From Pseudopelagicola sp. (GTDB taxonomy: Bacteria > Pseudomonadota > Alphaproteobacteria > Rhodobacterales > Rhodobacteraceae), in assembly GCA_026195905.1 (NCBI GenBank), contig JAPHRE010000040.1:1363-65362 (forward strand): a DNA stretch of 64,000 nucleotides, read 5' to 3'. This document shows, piece by piece, positions 48,213-58,615 of this stretch. Numbering within the stretch: the stretch's first letter is position 1; each line of letters begins with the position of its first letter. The notes below the pieces were generated by a model, which saw only the letters and a program-made list of their open reading frames with translations, did no database searches and had not been told where the DNA came from. The position numbers and the translations under genes were made by a program.

Positions 48213-49802
48213 TCAGTCCCCGAGGTTGAAACTCGGCAATGCCGCTGCGGGCTGCGGTGTGACCATCGACGAACCGCCAGCCGTAACCGCGGTGCGCAAT
48301 AGTTGCACGCGCTCCGGTTGCCCCGGCGCAAAGACTGGCTCTGCGCCGCCTTCCATCGCCTCGATCGCCATCATGTACCATTCCTGCGCGCGGTCCTGCG
48401 ACGTCGCGACCCCGAACCCTTGCGCAAGGTGATGCCCGATCAACTCTGCATAAGGTTTCTGTCCCATCGCCACCATCAACAGAGCCGAGCCAAGCGAGAC
48501 CTGCATCTCATCGCGGCGATAGCCCGAGAAAAGACAGATCTTCGCCGTTCCCGAAAGCTGCTCAATCGACATATTCGACTTGAGAACAAAGGCCTGCGCC
48601 TCTGATACCACGCCCGAAGCCGGGGTTGTGGCCAGTTTCGCAAGGAACGGCTCAAGCGCCGGACCAAACGCATCACATTGCGCATCGACCTGCGCCGGGG
48701 TCACGCCCGACAACCCGGCCACAATCGTCTCGCCCGTGCCAATCGCATAGGTGCGCGCAAGACAGAATTGCTCGTTCAGGGCAAATTCAGGATCGGTGAG
48801 GTTGGACACCGTCGTAAAGCCGCCGTTGGAATTGGTCAAAAGCGATACCTTGCTGCACAGCGATGCAAGCGAGGGGCCAGTGTCTCGCGCTTGGCCGGTA
48901 TTAAACAGCGTGATTCCCCCAAGCGGTGCAGAGCCCGAGGCCATCACCGTGCCGCCTTGGCTTGGGGCCGCAGGTTGCGGTGCCGGAGTCGCCGCCATCT
49001 GCGCGCCTGCGCCTTGGCCATTCATCCGACAGACGCCCTGATGACAGGCGAACAAGGCCGGGGTGGCATCATGGCTTAGGAAATCATTGCGTGAATAGCC
49101 CTGCGGCGTCGATGCAAAGACCATCACCGTGCAACTCTGCGCACCGCACCAAAAGGTGCTACCCGATTTGGACGTATCAAGAATGTAATCGGTTTTGCCA
49201 TCGCCGTTGAGATCGGCAAGCTGGATAAACCCCGAGCGTTGCAATAGCTGCTCGGCGCTTGGGTCGGAACTGGCCGCGACCTCGTCGACGGCTGCTGAAA
49301 CATCGGCTGGCATCCCATTATAGGTATTCCCGGCCATGCGCCCGCCCGTGGCCTCACCGTGCCAAGTTTTCAAAAGGCTGCGTGTGCCCTCTGGTCCCTG
49401 CATAGCCTTGATGACCTGCGGACCGCCAACTTGGGCGCGGTTATAGGACGACACAAGGAAATCACGCTCATATTGCGTCAAACGCCCCGTGGCCGGAAAC
49501 CCGACATAAATCTGATACTGCGTAATGGCCGCGCGGCTGCGGCTTCCCATGACGCCATCGGGGGTGCCGGCGTTAAAGCCAAAGTAATTGAGCGATGTCT
49601 GCGTTTCGCGATTATGCGCGCGTGTGGCGGAATATCGCGTGCTCGTCGTCGTGCGCCGTTTGGTCTTGTTGTGCTCATTCATAAGGGCGCCGCCGATAAT
49701 CCCGCCAACAATCGCGGCCCCAAGGTTATCGGCCATCGCCGCCGTGCTGGAAGTCGCCATAAACGCGGCGATCAACCCGGTTTTCAAAGAACGTGAAAAC
49801 AT
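48213..49802 (-). CDS. Secreted peptidoglycan-binding domain protein
   Basis: Signal peptide; [32 protein letters not shown]-binding repeat; multiple Cys. Confidence 0.78.
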   Translation of the reverse strand: MFSRSLKTGLIAAFMATSSTAAMADNLGAAIVGGIIGGALMNEHNKTKRRTTTSTRYSATRAHNRETQTSLNYFGFNAGTPDGVMGSRSRAAITQYQIYVGFPATGRLTQYERDFLVSSYNRAQVGGPQVIKAMQGPEGTRSLLKTWHGEATGGRMAGNTYNGMPADVSAAVDEVAASSDPSAEQLLQRSGFIQLADLNGDGKTDYILDTSKSGSTFWCGAQSCTVMVFASTPQGYSRNDFLSHDATPALFACHQGVCRMNGQGAGAQMAATPAPQPAAPSQGGTVMASGSAPLGGITLFNTGQARDTGPSLASLCSKVSLLTNSNGGFTTVSNLTDPEFALNEQFCLARTYAIGTGETIVAGLSGVTPAQVDAQCDAFGPALEPFLAKLATTPASGVVSEAQAFVLKSNMSIEQLSGTAKICLFSGYRRDEMQVSLGSALLMVAMGQKPYAELIGHHLAQGFGVATSQDRAQEWYMMAIEAMEGGAEPVFAPGQPERVQLLRTAVTAGGSSMVTPQPAAALPSFNLGD

Positions 49803-49991
49803 CTGTTCTCTCCCTGTGAAACGTCTTTTCAAAAATCTGACACCTTAATAATACGCCCTTCAAGCGAGTCGCGCGAGACTTATTGCCGTCTTAGGGCGAT
49901 CTGCCACTCTGGACAGTGGCCCGTCGGACGCCCTATGTCTGCGCCATATTTTGGTCTGGCACGGCTGTGGCGACCAACACGAGAGGGCAAA

Positions 49992-50651
49992 ATGGTGGAA
50001 TGGATCACACATGACGGGCTGCTCGCCTATGATGAAGCGGTCGCTTTCATGGAAGACCGCGCCGACGCCATTGCCCGTGGCGAGGCCGAGGAATGCATAT
50101 GGCTCGTCGAGCACCCCCCGCTTTACACGGCGGGCACTTCGGCCAAACCCGACGACCTGACCGACCCGAACCGATTTCCCGTCCACCCGAGCAAGCGTGG
50201 CGGACAATATACCTACCACGGCCCCGGACAACGTGTGGCCTATGTGATGTTGGATGTGGGCAAACGCGGGCGCGACGTGCGCAAATTCGTCGAACAGCTT
50301 GAAACATGGGTCATCGCAACACTGGCCGAATTCAACCTCACCGGCGAGATTCGCGACGGCCGCGTGGGGGTCTGGGTTGCGCGCCCTGACAAACCCCTGA
50401 CCGCCTCCGGCGCACCGGCAGAGGACAAAATCGCCGCCATCGGCATCCGCCTGCGCAAATGGGTGAGCTTTCACGGCATTTCGATCAACGTCGAACCCGA
50501 CCTCGACCATTTCTCCGGCATCGTCCCCTGCGGCATTACCGAATACGGCGTGACCTCGCTTGTCGATCTCGGCCTGCCAGTGACCATGACGGATGTGGAT
50601 GTCGCCTTGCGGGCGACGTTCGATACGGTGTTCGATTCCCCCACGGACTAA
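49992..50651 (+). CDS. lipB: Lipoyl(octanoyl) transferase LipB
   Basis: [38 protein letters not shown]. Confidence 0.95.
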   Translation: MVEWITHDGLLAYDEAVAFMEDRADAIARGEAEECIWLVEHPPLYTAGTSAKPDDLTDPNRFPVHPSKRGGQYTYHGPGQRVAYVMLDVGKRGRDVRKFVEQLETWVIATLAEFNLTGEIRDGRVGVWVARPDKPLTASGAPAEDKIAAIGIRLRKWVSFHGISINVEPDLDHFSGIVPCGITEYGVTSLVDLGLPVTMTDVDVALRATFDTVFDSPTD

Positions 50652-50910
50652 GCTCTACAACACCGCCCGCCCCTTCGAATCGCCCCCGCACCGCGCCGCA
50701 TGACTCGACATTTTGCTCATCCGCCGACAACACGCCCTTTTTAGGGAAACCCCTCCGCGATTCCGGGTGTTTTGCGCCTTTTTGCCACAGGCAGAGGCCC
50801 GCTCGGCGCGCCCATGAGGCGTCCTGACGCAATTTCAGGTATCGCAATTGGGTCCATGAATGTTTATGTTCCCTTCCAGCAAGGACTAACACTAAGCCAA
50901 GGGAAATCTC

Positions 50911-51354
50911 ATGAAGAACCTGTTTGTTGCAACCGCAGCACTGATCGCCCTCTCCGCCCCCGCATTCGCCGAAGGCGATGCCGAAAAGGGCGAGAAAGCA
51001 TTCAAAAAATGTAAAGCCTGCCACATGATCGTTTCTCCGGAAGGCGAAGAGATCTTCAAAGGCGGCAGAACCGGCCCGAACCTCTACGGGATCGTTGGCC
51101 GCACTGCTGGCACCGTTGAAGACTTCCGTTACAAAGACGGCCTCAAAGACGCTGCCGAAGCTGGCTTCGTCTGGACCGAAGAGTCGATTGCTGAATACGT
51201 CGTCGACCCCAAAGCATGGCTTGATGCCAATGGCTTTGCCAAGAAATCCGGCATGAGCTTCAAGATGCGCAAAGGCGGCGAACACGTTGCGGCCTACCTC
51301 GCATCCGTCGCTCCGGCGCCTGAAGCGGCCGAAGAAGAGGCCGCTGCTGACTAA
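50911..51354 (+). CDS. cycA: Cytochrome c2/c550
   Basis: Signal peptide, KCKACH, GPNLYG, axial Met in SGMSF; upstream of ctaD. Confidence 0.88.
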   Translation: MKNLFVATAALIALSAPAFAEGDAEKGEKAFKKCKACHMIVSPEGEEIFKGGRTGPNLYGIVGRTAGTVEDFRYKDGLKDAAEAGFVWTEESIAEYVVDPKAWLDANGFAKKSGMSFKMRKGGEHVAAYLASVAPAPEAAEEEAAAD

Positions 51355-51393
51355 GCGCACCCTTCCACGACACGCCGGACCCGTCCGGCACTG

Positions 51394-51430
51394 CCCCCGC
51401 GTGACCCGGCGTTGCGCGGGGGTTTTCTTT
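51394..51430 (+). terminator. Rho-independent terminator after cycA
   Basis: CCCCCGCG...CGCGGGGG followed by TTTTCTTT. Confidence 0.6.
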
Positions 51431-51475
51431 GAATTGATCCGATTTGTCGCACCTTTTGCTCTGGACCTGCGAAAT

Positions 51476-51523
51476 TTGACCCAAATCAAGTCGGGTGCGA
51501 CACTTTTTTTTGATCCATGTCAA
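51476..51523. promoter_or_regulatory. Two FNR/FnrL boxes upstream of ctaD
   Basis: TTGAC-ccaa-ATCAA (51476-51489) and TTGAT-ccat-GTCAA (51510-51523), each one mismatch from TTGAT-N4-ATCAA. Confidence 0.7.
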
Positions 51524-51627
51524 ATACGGTGATTGCGACTAGCCTCCGACGCCTCTAAAAAAGACGGTGAACCAGGGTGCGGGAAGAATCTTTCGCGCCC
51601 TCAACCCACCTTAAGGGAGGCAACAGT

Positions 51628-53301
51628 ATGGCAGACGCAGCCATTCACGGCCACGACCATGAAGACGAGCGCGGTTTCTTTACCCGCTGGTTCATGTCGA
51701 CCAACCACAAAGACATTGGTCTTCTCTACCTGATCGTCTCGGCTTTCGTCGGTCTGATCGCAGTCCTGTTCACTGTTTACATGCGCCTTGAGCTCATGGA
51801 ACCTGGCGTTCAATACATGTGCCTCGAAGGCGCCCGCTTCATTGCAGACGCCTCCGCGGAATGTACCCCGAACGGACACCTCTGGAACGTGCTGATTACA
51901 TATCACGGCGTCCTGATGATGTTCTTCGTTGTGATCCCGGCGCTGTTTGGCGGGTTCGGCAACTACTTTATGCCGCTTCAGATCGGCGCGCCCGATATGG
52001 CGTTCCCGCGCATGAACAACCTGTCCTTCTGGCTGTATGTGACCGGCGTCTCGCTTGGCGTCGCCTCGCTCCTGTCGCCGGGTGGCAACGATCAGCTCGG
52101 CTCCGGTGTCGGCTGGGTGCTTTACCCGCCGCTGTCCACAAACGAAGCGGGCTACTCTATGGACCTCGCGATCTTCGCGGTGCACGTCTCGGGTGCTTCG
52201 TCGATCCTTGGCGCGATCAACATGATCACCACCTTCCTGAACATGCGTGCCCCCGGCATGACCCTGTTCAAGGTGCCGCTGTTTGCATGGTCGATCTTCG
52301 TGACCGCGTGGCTGATCCTGTTGTCCTTGCCTGTTCTGGCGGGTGCCATCACCATGCTGCTTACCGACCGCAACTTCGGCACGACCTTCTTTGATCCTGC
52401 TGGCGGCGGCGACCCGATCCTGTATCAGCACATCCTTTGGTTCTTCGGCCACCCCGAAGTTTACATCGTGATCCTGCCCGGCTTTGGTCTGGTGTCGCAC
52501 ATCTTTGCCACCTTCTCGCGCAAACCGGTCTTCGGCTACCTGCCGATGGTCTGGGCGATTATCGCCATCGGCGCGCTTGGCTTCGTCGTGTGGGCGCACC
52601 ACATGTATACCGTCGGTATGTCCCTGACCCAGCAATCCTACTTTATGCTGGCAACAATGGTCATCGCGGTGCCAACAGGGGTCAAAATCTTCTCATGGAT
52701 CGCGACCATGTGGGGCGGCTCGATCGAGTTCAAAGCACCAATGCTTTTCTCGCTTGGCTTCCTCATCCTGTTTACCATCGGTGGTGTGACCGGCATCGTC
52801 CTGTCGCAGGCTGGCGTCGACCGCGCCTATCACGATACCTATTACGTCGTGGCGCACTTCCATTATACCATGTCGATGGGGGCGGCCTTTACCATCTTTG
52901 CCGGGATTTACTTCTACTTCGGCAAAATGACCGGGCGCCAATACCCCGAGTTCGCGGCGAAGATCCACTTCTGGATGTTCTTCATCGGCGTCAACCTGAC
53001 CTTCTTCCCCCAGCACTTCCTGGGCCGTCAGGGTATGCCGCGCCGCTATATCGACTACCCGGAGGCATTCGCCTACTTCAACAAGATCAGCTCCTACGGT
53101 GCGCTGCTCTCGTTTGCCTCCTTCGTTCTGTTCTTCGGCATCATCGCCTACGCGCTGCTGCGCGGTGCCCGCGTGACCGAAAACAACTACTGGAACGAAT
53201 ACGCCGATACGCTGGAATGGACCCTGCCCTCCCCGCCGCCCGAGCACACGTTCGAGCAGCTTCCCAAACAGGAAGACTGGGACAAGGGCCACGCGCACTA
53301 A
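51628..53301 (+). CDS. ctaD: Cytochrome c oxidase (aa3) subunit I
   Basis: [29 protein letters not shown]. Confidence 0.97.
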   Translation: MADAAIHGHDHEDERGFFTRWFMSTNHKDIGLLYLIVSAFVGLIAVLFTVYMRLELMEPGVQYMCLEGARFIADASAECTPNGHLWNVLITYHGVLMMFFVVIPALFGGFGNYFMPLQIGAPDMAFPRMNNLSFWLYVTGVSLGVASLLSPGGNDQLGSGVGWVLYPPLSTNEAGYSMDLAIFAVHVSGASSILGAINMITTFLNMRAPGMTLFKVPLFAWSIFVTAWLILLSLPVLAGAITMLLTDRNFGTTFFDPAGGGDPILYQHILWFFGHPEVYIVILPGFGLVSHIFATFSRKPVFGYLPMVWAIIAIGALGFVVWAHHMYTVGMSLTQQSYFMLATMVIAVPTGVKIFSWIATMWGGSIEFKAPMLFSLGFLILFTIGGVTGIVLSQAGVDRAYHDTYYVVAHFHYTMSMGAAFTIFAGIYFYFGKMTGRQYPEFAAKIHFWMFFIGVNLTFFPQHFLGRQGMPRRYIDYPEAFAYFNKISSYGALLSFASFVLFFGIIAYALLRGARVTENNYWNEYADTLEWTLPSPPPEHTFEQLPKQEDWDKGHAH

Positions 53302-53329
53302 GCGCCTCCAGCCTCCAAAAAATCAAAGA

Positions 53330-53356
53330 GGCCCCGGTTGACCGCCGGGGCCTTTT
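53330..53356 (+). terminator. Rho-independent terminator after ctaD
   Basis: GGCCCCGG-loop-CCGGGGCC followed by TTTT. Confidence 0.7.
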
Positions 53357-53388
53357 CCTTTCTTGCCCCCCCGAGCACTGACCTCGAC

Positions 53389-53874
53389 ATGCCCCATACC
53401 TGGACCCCGAACGCCCCCGACACCAAGGTTGTGCTGACTCTCTGGCCGCACCGCTCGTTGCCCCGCAAAGGGTTCGCGGCGATGATCCTGATGGCGTTCA
53501 CCTTGGGCACGGTCCCTCTCTACGGGCTTTTGGGCACCGTCTTCCTCTGGGGAATCCTACCCTTCATTCTGGTAATGGTTGCGGCGCTCTGGTGGGGGTT
53601 GGAACGGTCTTACAAGGACGGCGACATCCTCGAAGAACTGCGCCTTGACGGTGACATGCTGACCCTGACGCATCGCCCGGCACGCGGGGCGACCCAATCA
53701 TGGGCGTGCAATATCTACTGGGCACGCCCCGAGATGCATGTGCACGGCGGTCCTGTGCCGCATTACATTACCCTGACCGGCAATGGCCGAACGGTCGAAA
53801 TTGGCCGCTTCCTCTCCGAGGAGGAGCGCAAACTGCTCTTTGTGGAGCTGAGCGATTTCCTCAAAAACGCCTGA
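53389..53874 (+). CDS. DUF2244-family membrane protein
   Basis: LWPHRSL...F, two TM segments, VEIGRFLSEEER. Confidence 0.82.
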   Translation: MPHTWTPNAPDTKVVLTLWPHRSLPRKGFAAMILMAFTLGTVPLYGLLGTVFLWGILPFILVMVAALWWGLERSYKDGDILEELRLDGDMLTLTHRPARGATQSWACNIYWARPEMHVHGGPVPHYITLTGNGRTVEIGRFLSEEERKLLFVELSDFLKNA

Positions 53875-53969
53875 GGCGGCCCGAACCAAAGCCCGAGCCG
53901 CCCCAAAAACCGCACTGTCGCGATACAGACGTAATACCGACGTGATACCGACGTTGGTTTTTAGCCCTC

Positions 53970-55043
53970 TCAGACCAAACCGCCCTTGATCAATCCCTCG
54001 GCGATTCGACCATAGGCGTCGGCCATCGGCCCATCCCCTGCGGCGACCGGAACCCCCGAATCTCCTGCGAGTCGCGTCGCAAGGTCGATGGGCAATGCCC
54101 CCAAAAGCGGAGCGCCAAGACGCTCGGCCTCCTTGGCGACCCCGCCCTGACCGAAGATATGTTCCTCATGCCCACATTTTGGGCACACATAAGACGACAT
54201 ATTCTCAATCAGGCCCAATACAGGCGTATCCAAAAGCTCGAACATTCCCAAGGCCTTGCGCGCATCAATAAGCGCCACATCCTGCGGCGTGGAGACGACA
54301 ATCGCGCCGCTCAATTCCGTTTTCTGGCAAAGCGTCAATTGCACATCCCCGGTGCCCGGCGGCAGGTCGACAAGCAGGACATCCAACTCGCCCCACTGCA
54401 CCTGACCAAGCATTTGCTGCAACGCCCCCATAAGCATCGGCCCGCGCCACACCACAGGCTTGGCCTCGTCCACCATAAAGCCGATCGACATGATCGTGAC
54501 CCCATGCGCCTGAAGCGGAATGATCGTCTCCCCATCCGGCGACGCAGGCCGCTTGTTGACCCCCATCATCCGCGGCTGCGACGGTCCATAAATATCCGCA
54601 TCAAGAAGCCCGACACGCTTGCCCTTTTGGGCCAATGCGACCGCTAGGTTACTGGAAACAGTGGATTTTCCAACGCCCCCCTTGCCCGAACCAATGGCGA
54701 TGATCCGCTTGACGCCATTGACCTTCATCGGCCCCTTCTGGGGCTTGGGATGACCGCCAACCTTGAGGCTCGGCGGGGCTTTCGCGGCTGGGGCAGGCCC
54801 ATGCGCCGTAAGCGCAACCGACACGGTTTCGACCCCCGGAAGCGCCCGTACCGTCTCTTCTGCCGCCCGGCGCAATGGCTCCATTTGTCGGGCCAAATCC
54901 GGTGTCGGGGCCTCAATCACGAAGCGCACCGACGGACCCTCAATGGCCAATGCACGCAGCATGTCTCGTGACACAAGCGTGCCCCCATCCGGCAATGCCA
55001 AGCGGGCCAGCGCATCGAGAATGTCTTGTTCTTTCACCGTCAT
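53970..55043 (-). CDS. Mrp/ApbC/NBP35 Fe-S cluster carrier ATPase
   Basis: GKGGVGKS, DADIYGPS, WRGPM, DLPPGTGD, ENMS...CPKC. Confidence 0.93.
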   Translation of the reverse strand: MTVKEQDILDALARLALPDGGTLVSRDMLRALAIEGPSVRFVIEAPTPDLARQMEPLRRAAEETVRALPGVETVSVALTAHGPAPAAKAPPSLKVGGHPKPQKGPMKVNGVKRIIAIGSGKGGVGKSTVSSNLAVALAQKGKRVGLLDADIYGPSQPRMMGVNKRPASPDGETIIPLQAHGVTIMSIGFMVDEAKPVVWRGPMLMGALQQMLGQVQWGELDVLLVDLPPGTGDVQLTLCQKTELSGAIVVSTPQDVALIDARKALGMFELLDTPVLGLIENMSSYVCPKCGHEEHIFGQGGVAKEAERLGAPLLGALPIDLATRLAGDSGVPVAAGDGPMADAYGRIAEGLIKGGLV

Positions 55044-55211
55044 TTTTCTCTCCTCTGTCCCCTTATGAAGTGGCGCGCGCCCCGCAGCCAGACAAGGGGC
55101 ATTTCACCCTTTTGAACAGGAATTCAAACAGTTGCACAATCCCTGTGCAGCACATGGTTTACGTTACTTCCCCTATTCCGTTGCTGCATAGCAGCATTGC
55201 GAAGGCGCCTA

Positions 55212-55238
55212 TTGTGCACCTGCAGCATGAGCCTATAT
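55212..55238 (+). promoter_or_regulatory. RpoH-type promoter for the DUF1127-sRNA operon
   Basis: TTG-N18-CTATAT upstream of the DUF1127 gene; the homologous Rhodobacter locus is known to be RpoH-dependent. Confidence 0.5.
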
Positions 55239-55293
55239 CCATAACACAACAGCGACACAGCCTCGCTAACGCAGACAAACCGAGGAATACAAC

Positions 55294-55509
55294 ATGGCAC
55301 TCGCCACGGACTATATCGCCGCAAAACATGGTCTGGTTGACCGCATCTCCTTCAAATTCTCGGAGATGGTCGAGCAGGTCCGCAAGGCCCGCGCCTTTAG
55401 CCGCGCCTATAACGAACTGGCAGCCCTGCCCGACGCACAGTTGTGCGACATGGGCCTCAATCGTTCGATGATCCGACGGATCGCCTATCAGGCGGCCTAT
55501 GAAAAATAA
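55294..55509 (+). CDS. DUF1127 small protein (CcaF1/YjiS-like)
   Basis: RAYNELAALPDAQLCDMGLNRSMI pattern; directly upstream of the CCTCCTCCC hairpin array. Confidence 0.88.
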   Translation: MALATDYIAAKHGLVDRISFKFSEMVEQVRKARAFSRAYNELAALPDAQLCDMGLNRSMIRRIAYQAAYEK

Positions 55510-55519
55510 CCAATAGCTT

Positions 55520-55910
55520 CAGGAAACTCCTCCTCCCTTTTGTTTCCCGAAACTGCGACGGCAACTCTCCTCCTCCCTGTTGCCGTCGCCAAAACACCGG
55601 ACCAAACGGTCCAACCGGAACAAGGCGCCCCTCCTCCTCCCAGGGCGACTTGGACTCGCGGCGACACCCCTCCTCCTCCCTGGGTGTCGCCGCACAAGAA
55701 CAACGGGCCACACGGCCCAACGCGATCAAGGCGCTCTCCTCCTCCCATGCGCCTTGTAACTAAGCGGCGGTCTCCTCTCCTCCTCCCTGGGGACCGCCGC
55801 GCAAATACCGGCCTACCGGCCACCCTATTCAGAGCGCTTCTCCTCCCATTAGCGTTTCTGACACTAAGAACGGCGACGCCCTCCTCCTCCCTGGCGTCGC
55901 CGTTTTTTTA
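55520..55910 (+). ncRNA. Tandem cluster of four cuckoo/CcsR-type sRNAs (8 hairpins with CCUCCUCCC or CUCCUCCC loops)
   Basis: Motifs near 55527, 55567, 55631, 55670, 55735, 55777, 55840 and 55881, each in a GC stem loop; the last is followed by a T tract. Confidence 0.88.
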
Positions 55911-56004
55911 TGGAAATCCCCAAAGTCATCAGTCCGCACACGCCAAAAAACGCGCGTGCCAAAGGCACGCAACGCCACCATCGAATTGCGATCAAACTAT
56001 TGCT

Positions 56005-58485
56005 TTAGAAGGGTATATCGTCGGACGGGGAAATGAACTTAGCCACGACCTTTTTGACGCCAGCCTTGTCAAACACGACCTCAAGCTTATCGCCTTCGAT
56101 ATCCTGCACGATCCCATAGCCGAATTTTTGATGGAACACGCGCTCGCCAAGGGTAAAGCTCGACACCGCCTCTAGGTCGATGATCGTATGTCGGCTCTCG
56201 CGTGGCTGGGACATCCCCTGTCCGCCGCTGCGGGCCTGCATCCGTTTCCAGCCGGGCGAATTATAGGTATTGGCCTGCGCCACGCGGCTCTCAACCGCCG
56301 AAGCCCCCACACGCCCCGCCGCCCCAAAGCCGCCGCCATAAAGACCCGGTGGCGTAAGAACCTCAACATGCGCATCCGGCAACTCGTCAATGAACCGCGA
56401 CGGCATCTGCGATTGCCATTGACCATAGACCCGACGATTGCCAGCAAAGGAAATCGTGCAAATCTCTTCGGCGCGCGTGATCCCCACATAGGCCAGCCGC
56501 CGCTCTTCCTCGAGCCCTTTGAGGCCGCTCTCATCCATGCTGCGCTGCGACGGGAACAACCCATCTTCCCAGCCGGGCAGAAAGACCGCCGGAAATTCCA
56601 GCCCCTTGGCCGCATGAAGCGTCATGATGGAAACCTTGGCCTCGGCATCGTCGCTCTCATTGTCCATAATGAGGCTGACATGCTCAAGGAACCCTTGCAG
56701 ATTTTCAAAACTTTCCAAAGCCTTGACGAGTTCCTTAAGGTTTTCAAGCCGCCCCGGCGCCTCTGGCGTCTTGTCGTTCTGCCACATGCCCGTATAGCCG
56801 GATTCATCAAGAATGATCTCGGCCAGCTCCATATGTGTGAGGTCCGAATCCTTTGCCATCCGCCCCCAGCGCCCAAGGCTCTCGACGAGGATACCAAGTT
56901 CCTTTGCGCCCTTGCCGCCAATGCCCTTTTCCTCAAGCAAGAGCCGCGCCCCTTCCAATAGAGAGACGCCATTGGCACGCGCGCAGGTCTGGATTTTCTG
57001 CTGCGCAACATTGCCAAGCCCGCGCTTGGGGGTGTTGACGATGCGCTCAAACGCAAGATCATCCTCCGGGCTGACCACGAGGCGGAAATAGGCCATCGCA
57101 TCGCGGATTTCCAACCGCTCATAGAACCGCGGCCCGCCGATCACGCGATAGGGCAAACCGATGGTGAGAAACCGATCCTCAAAGGCCCGCATCTGATGCG
57201 ACGCGCGCACGAGGATCGCCATGTCATCAAGCGACATCGCCCGCATGCCCCGCGTGCCGCGTTGCAATGCCTCAACCTCTTCCCCGATCCAGCGCGCCTC
57301 TTCCTCGCCGTCCCAATGGCCGATCAGGCGGACCTTCTCGCCCTCGTCCCGGTCGGTCCAAAGCTCCTTGCCCAACCGGCTTTCATTGCCCCGAATGACA
57401 CTCCCGGCAGCCGCCAAAATATGCGGCGTCGAGCGATAGTTCTGCTCTAACCGCACCACATGCGCGCCGGGAAAATCCTTTTCAAACCGTAGGATATTGC
57501 CAACTTCGGCCCCGCGCCAACCATAGATCGACTGATCATCATCCCCGACACAACAGATATTCTTGTGCCCCCCCGCCAAGAGACGGAGCCAGAGATACTG
57601 CGCCACGTTGGTATCCTGATATTCGTCGACAAGGATATAGCGGAAGCGGCGTTGGTATTCCGCCAAGACATCTGGATAGTGCTGAAAAATAGACACTGTG
57701 TGTAGGATCAGGTCACCAAAATCGACAGCATTTAGCTCTAGCAACCGTGTCTGATACTGCTCATACAGCTCAACCCCTCGATTGTTGTACGCATTAGCAT
57801 CACAAGACGGAACATTTTCAGGCGTTAGCGCCTTGTTCTTCCACCCCTCGATGATTCCCGCAAGCATCCGGGCAGGCCAGCGCTTCTCGTCGATATTGTT
57901 AGCAACAATCAACTGCTTCAAGAGCCGTATCTGGTCGTCCGTATCCAGAATGGTGAAATTCGATTTCAGATGGAGAGAATACATATCTCGATCAGGGACA
58001 GCCTCAGGCTGAGGAGCCGGGGCAAGGTCATAAGAATCCAGAACATCGTCACTATCGTGAAGATCTTCCACCTCTTTAACGTTCGCTTCGGGTTCCCTGA
58101 AGGGGATCAATTCTGCATGACGCCGCAGAATTTTAACTGACAGGGCATGGAACGTGCCCATCCAAGGAAGAGGCCCCTTCAAGGAGTAAGGCGTCTTTGC
58201 AAGCCGATCTTTCATTTCTTTGGCTGCTTTGTTCGTAAACGTCACCGCCAAAATCTGACTCTCGAAAGCCTGACGTGTTGAGATAATATGCGCCACACGA
58301 GCCATGAGCGTCTTGGTCTTACCCGTACCCGCCCCGGCCAACATAAGGACAGGCCCCTCTAAACACTCCGCCGCTTCACGCTGTGCCGGGTTCAATTCGT
58401 CAAGATAGGGCATCGGCCGCGCGGCCATAGCTCGGGCCGCGAGTGAGGCGCTCTCAAATGCGTCGGATTCGTCAAAACTGCTCAT
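56005..58485 (-). CDS. uvrD: UvrD/PcrA-family ATP-dependent DNA helicase
   Basis: LAGAGTGKT, VTFTNKAA, VDEYQDTN, VGDDDQSIYGWRGA, LEQNYRS, HAAKGLEF, EEERRLAYVGITRA. Confidence 0.93.
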   Translation of the reverse strand: MSSFDESDAFESASLAARAMAARPMPYLDELNPAQREAAECLEGPVLMLAGAGTGKTKTLMARVAHIISTRQAFESQILAVTFTNKAAKEMKDRLAKTPYSLKGPLPWMGTFHALSVKILRRHAELIPFREPEANVKEVEDLHDSDDVLDSYDLAPAPQPEAVPDRDMYSLHLKSNFTILDTDDQIRLLKQLIVANNIDEKRWPARMLAGIIEGWKNKALTPENVPSCDANAYNNRGVELYEQYQTRLLELNAVDFGDLILHTVSIFQHYPDVLAEYQRRFRYILVDEYQDTNVAQYLWLRLLAGGHKNICCVGDDDQSIYGWRGAEVGNILRFEKDFPGAHVVRLEQNYRSTPHILAAAGSVIRGNESRLGKELWTDRDEGEKVRLIGHWDGEEEARWIGEEVEALQRGTRGMRAMSLDDMAILVRASHQMRAFEDRFLTIGLPYRVIGGPRFYERLEIRDAMAYFRLVVSPEDDLAFERIVNTPKRGLGNVAQQKIQTCARANGVSLLEGARLLLEEKGIGGKGAKELGILVESLGRWGRMAKDSDLTHMELAEIILDESGYTGMWQNDKTPEAPGRLENLKELVKALESFENLQGFLEHVSLIMDNESDDAEAKVSIMTLHAAKGLEFPAVFLPGWEDGLFPSQRSMDESGLKGLEEERRLAYVGITRAEEICTISFAGNRRVYGQWQSQMPSRFIDELPDAHVEVLTPPGLYGGGFGAAGRVGASAVESRVAQANTYNSPGWKRMQARSGGQGMSQPRESRHTIIDLEAVSSFTLGERVFHQKFGYGIVQDIEGDKLEVVFDKAGVKKVVAKFISPSDDIPF

Positions 58486-58615
58486 GGGCGGCAATCTAGC
58501 TTGCTGACGCGGCGTTGAAAAGTTCGCTTTATGTTCCAAACCCCGTCAGGCATCATTTTCTTCAAAGCCAATCGGGAACTGGACAAACCGCCCCGCGCGT
58601 CCAACAAATGCAGTC

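Noticed and set aside
55520-55910. Repeat array as a CRISPR, or ORF 55540-56175 as a gene
   Set aside because: The repeats are 9-nt loop motifs in variable stems with no cas genes, which fits cuckoo sRNAs; the ORF is low-complexity read-through.
57970-58107. uvrD insertion as an intein or intron
   Set aside because: Too short, and it lacks the N-terminal Cys/Ser and C-terminal His-Asn splice residues.
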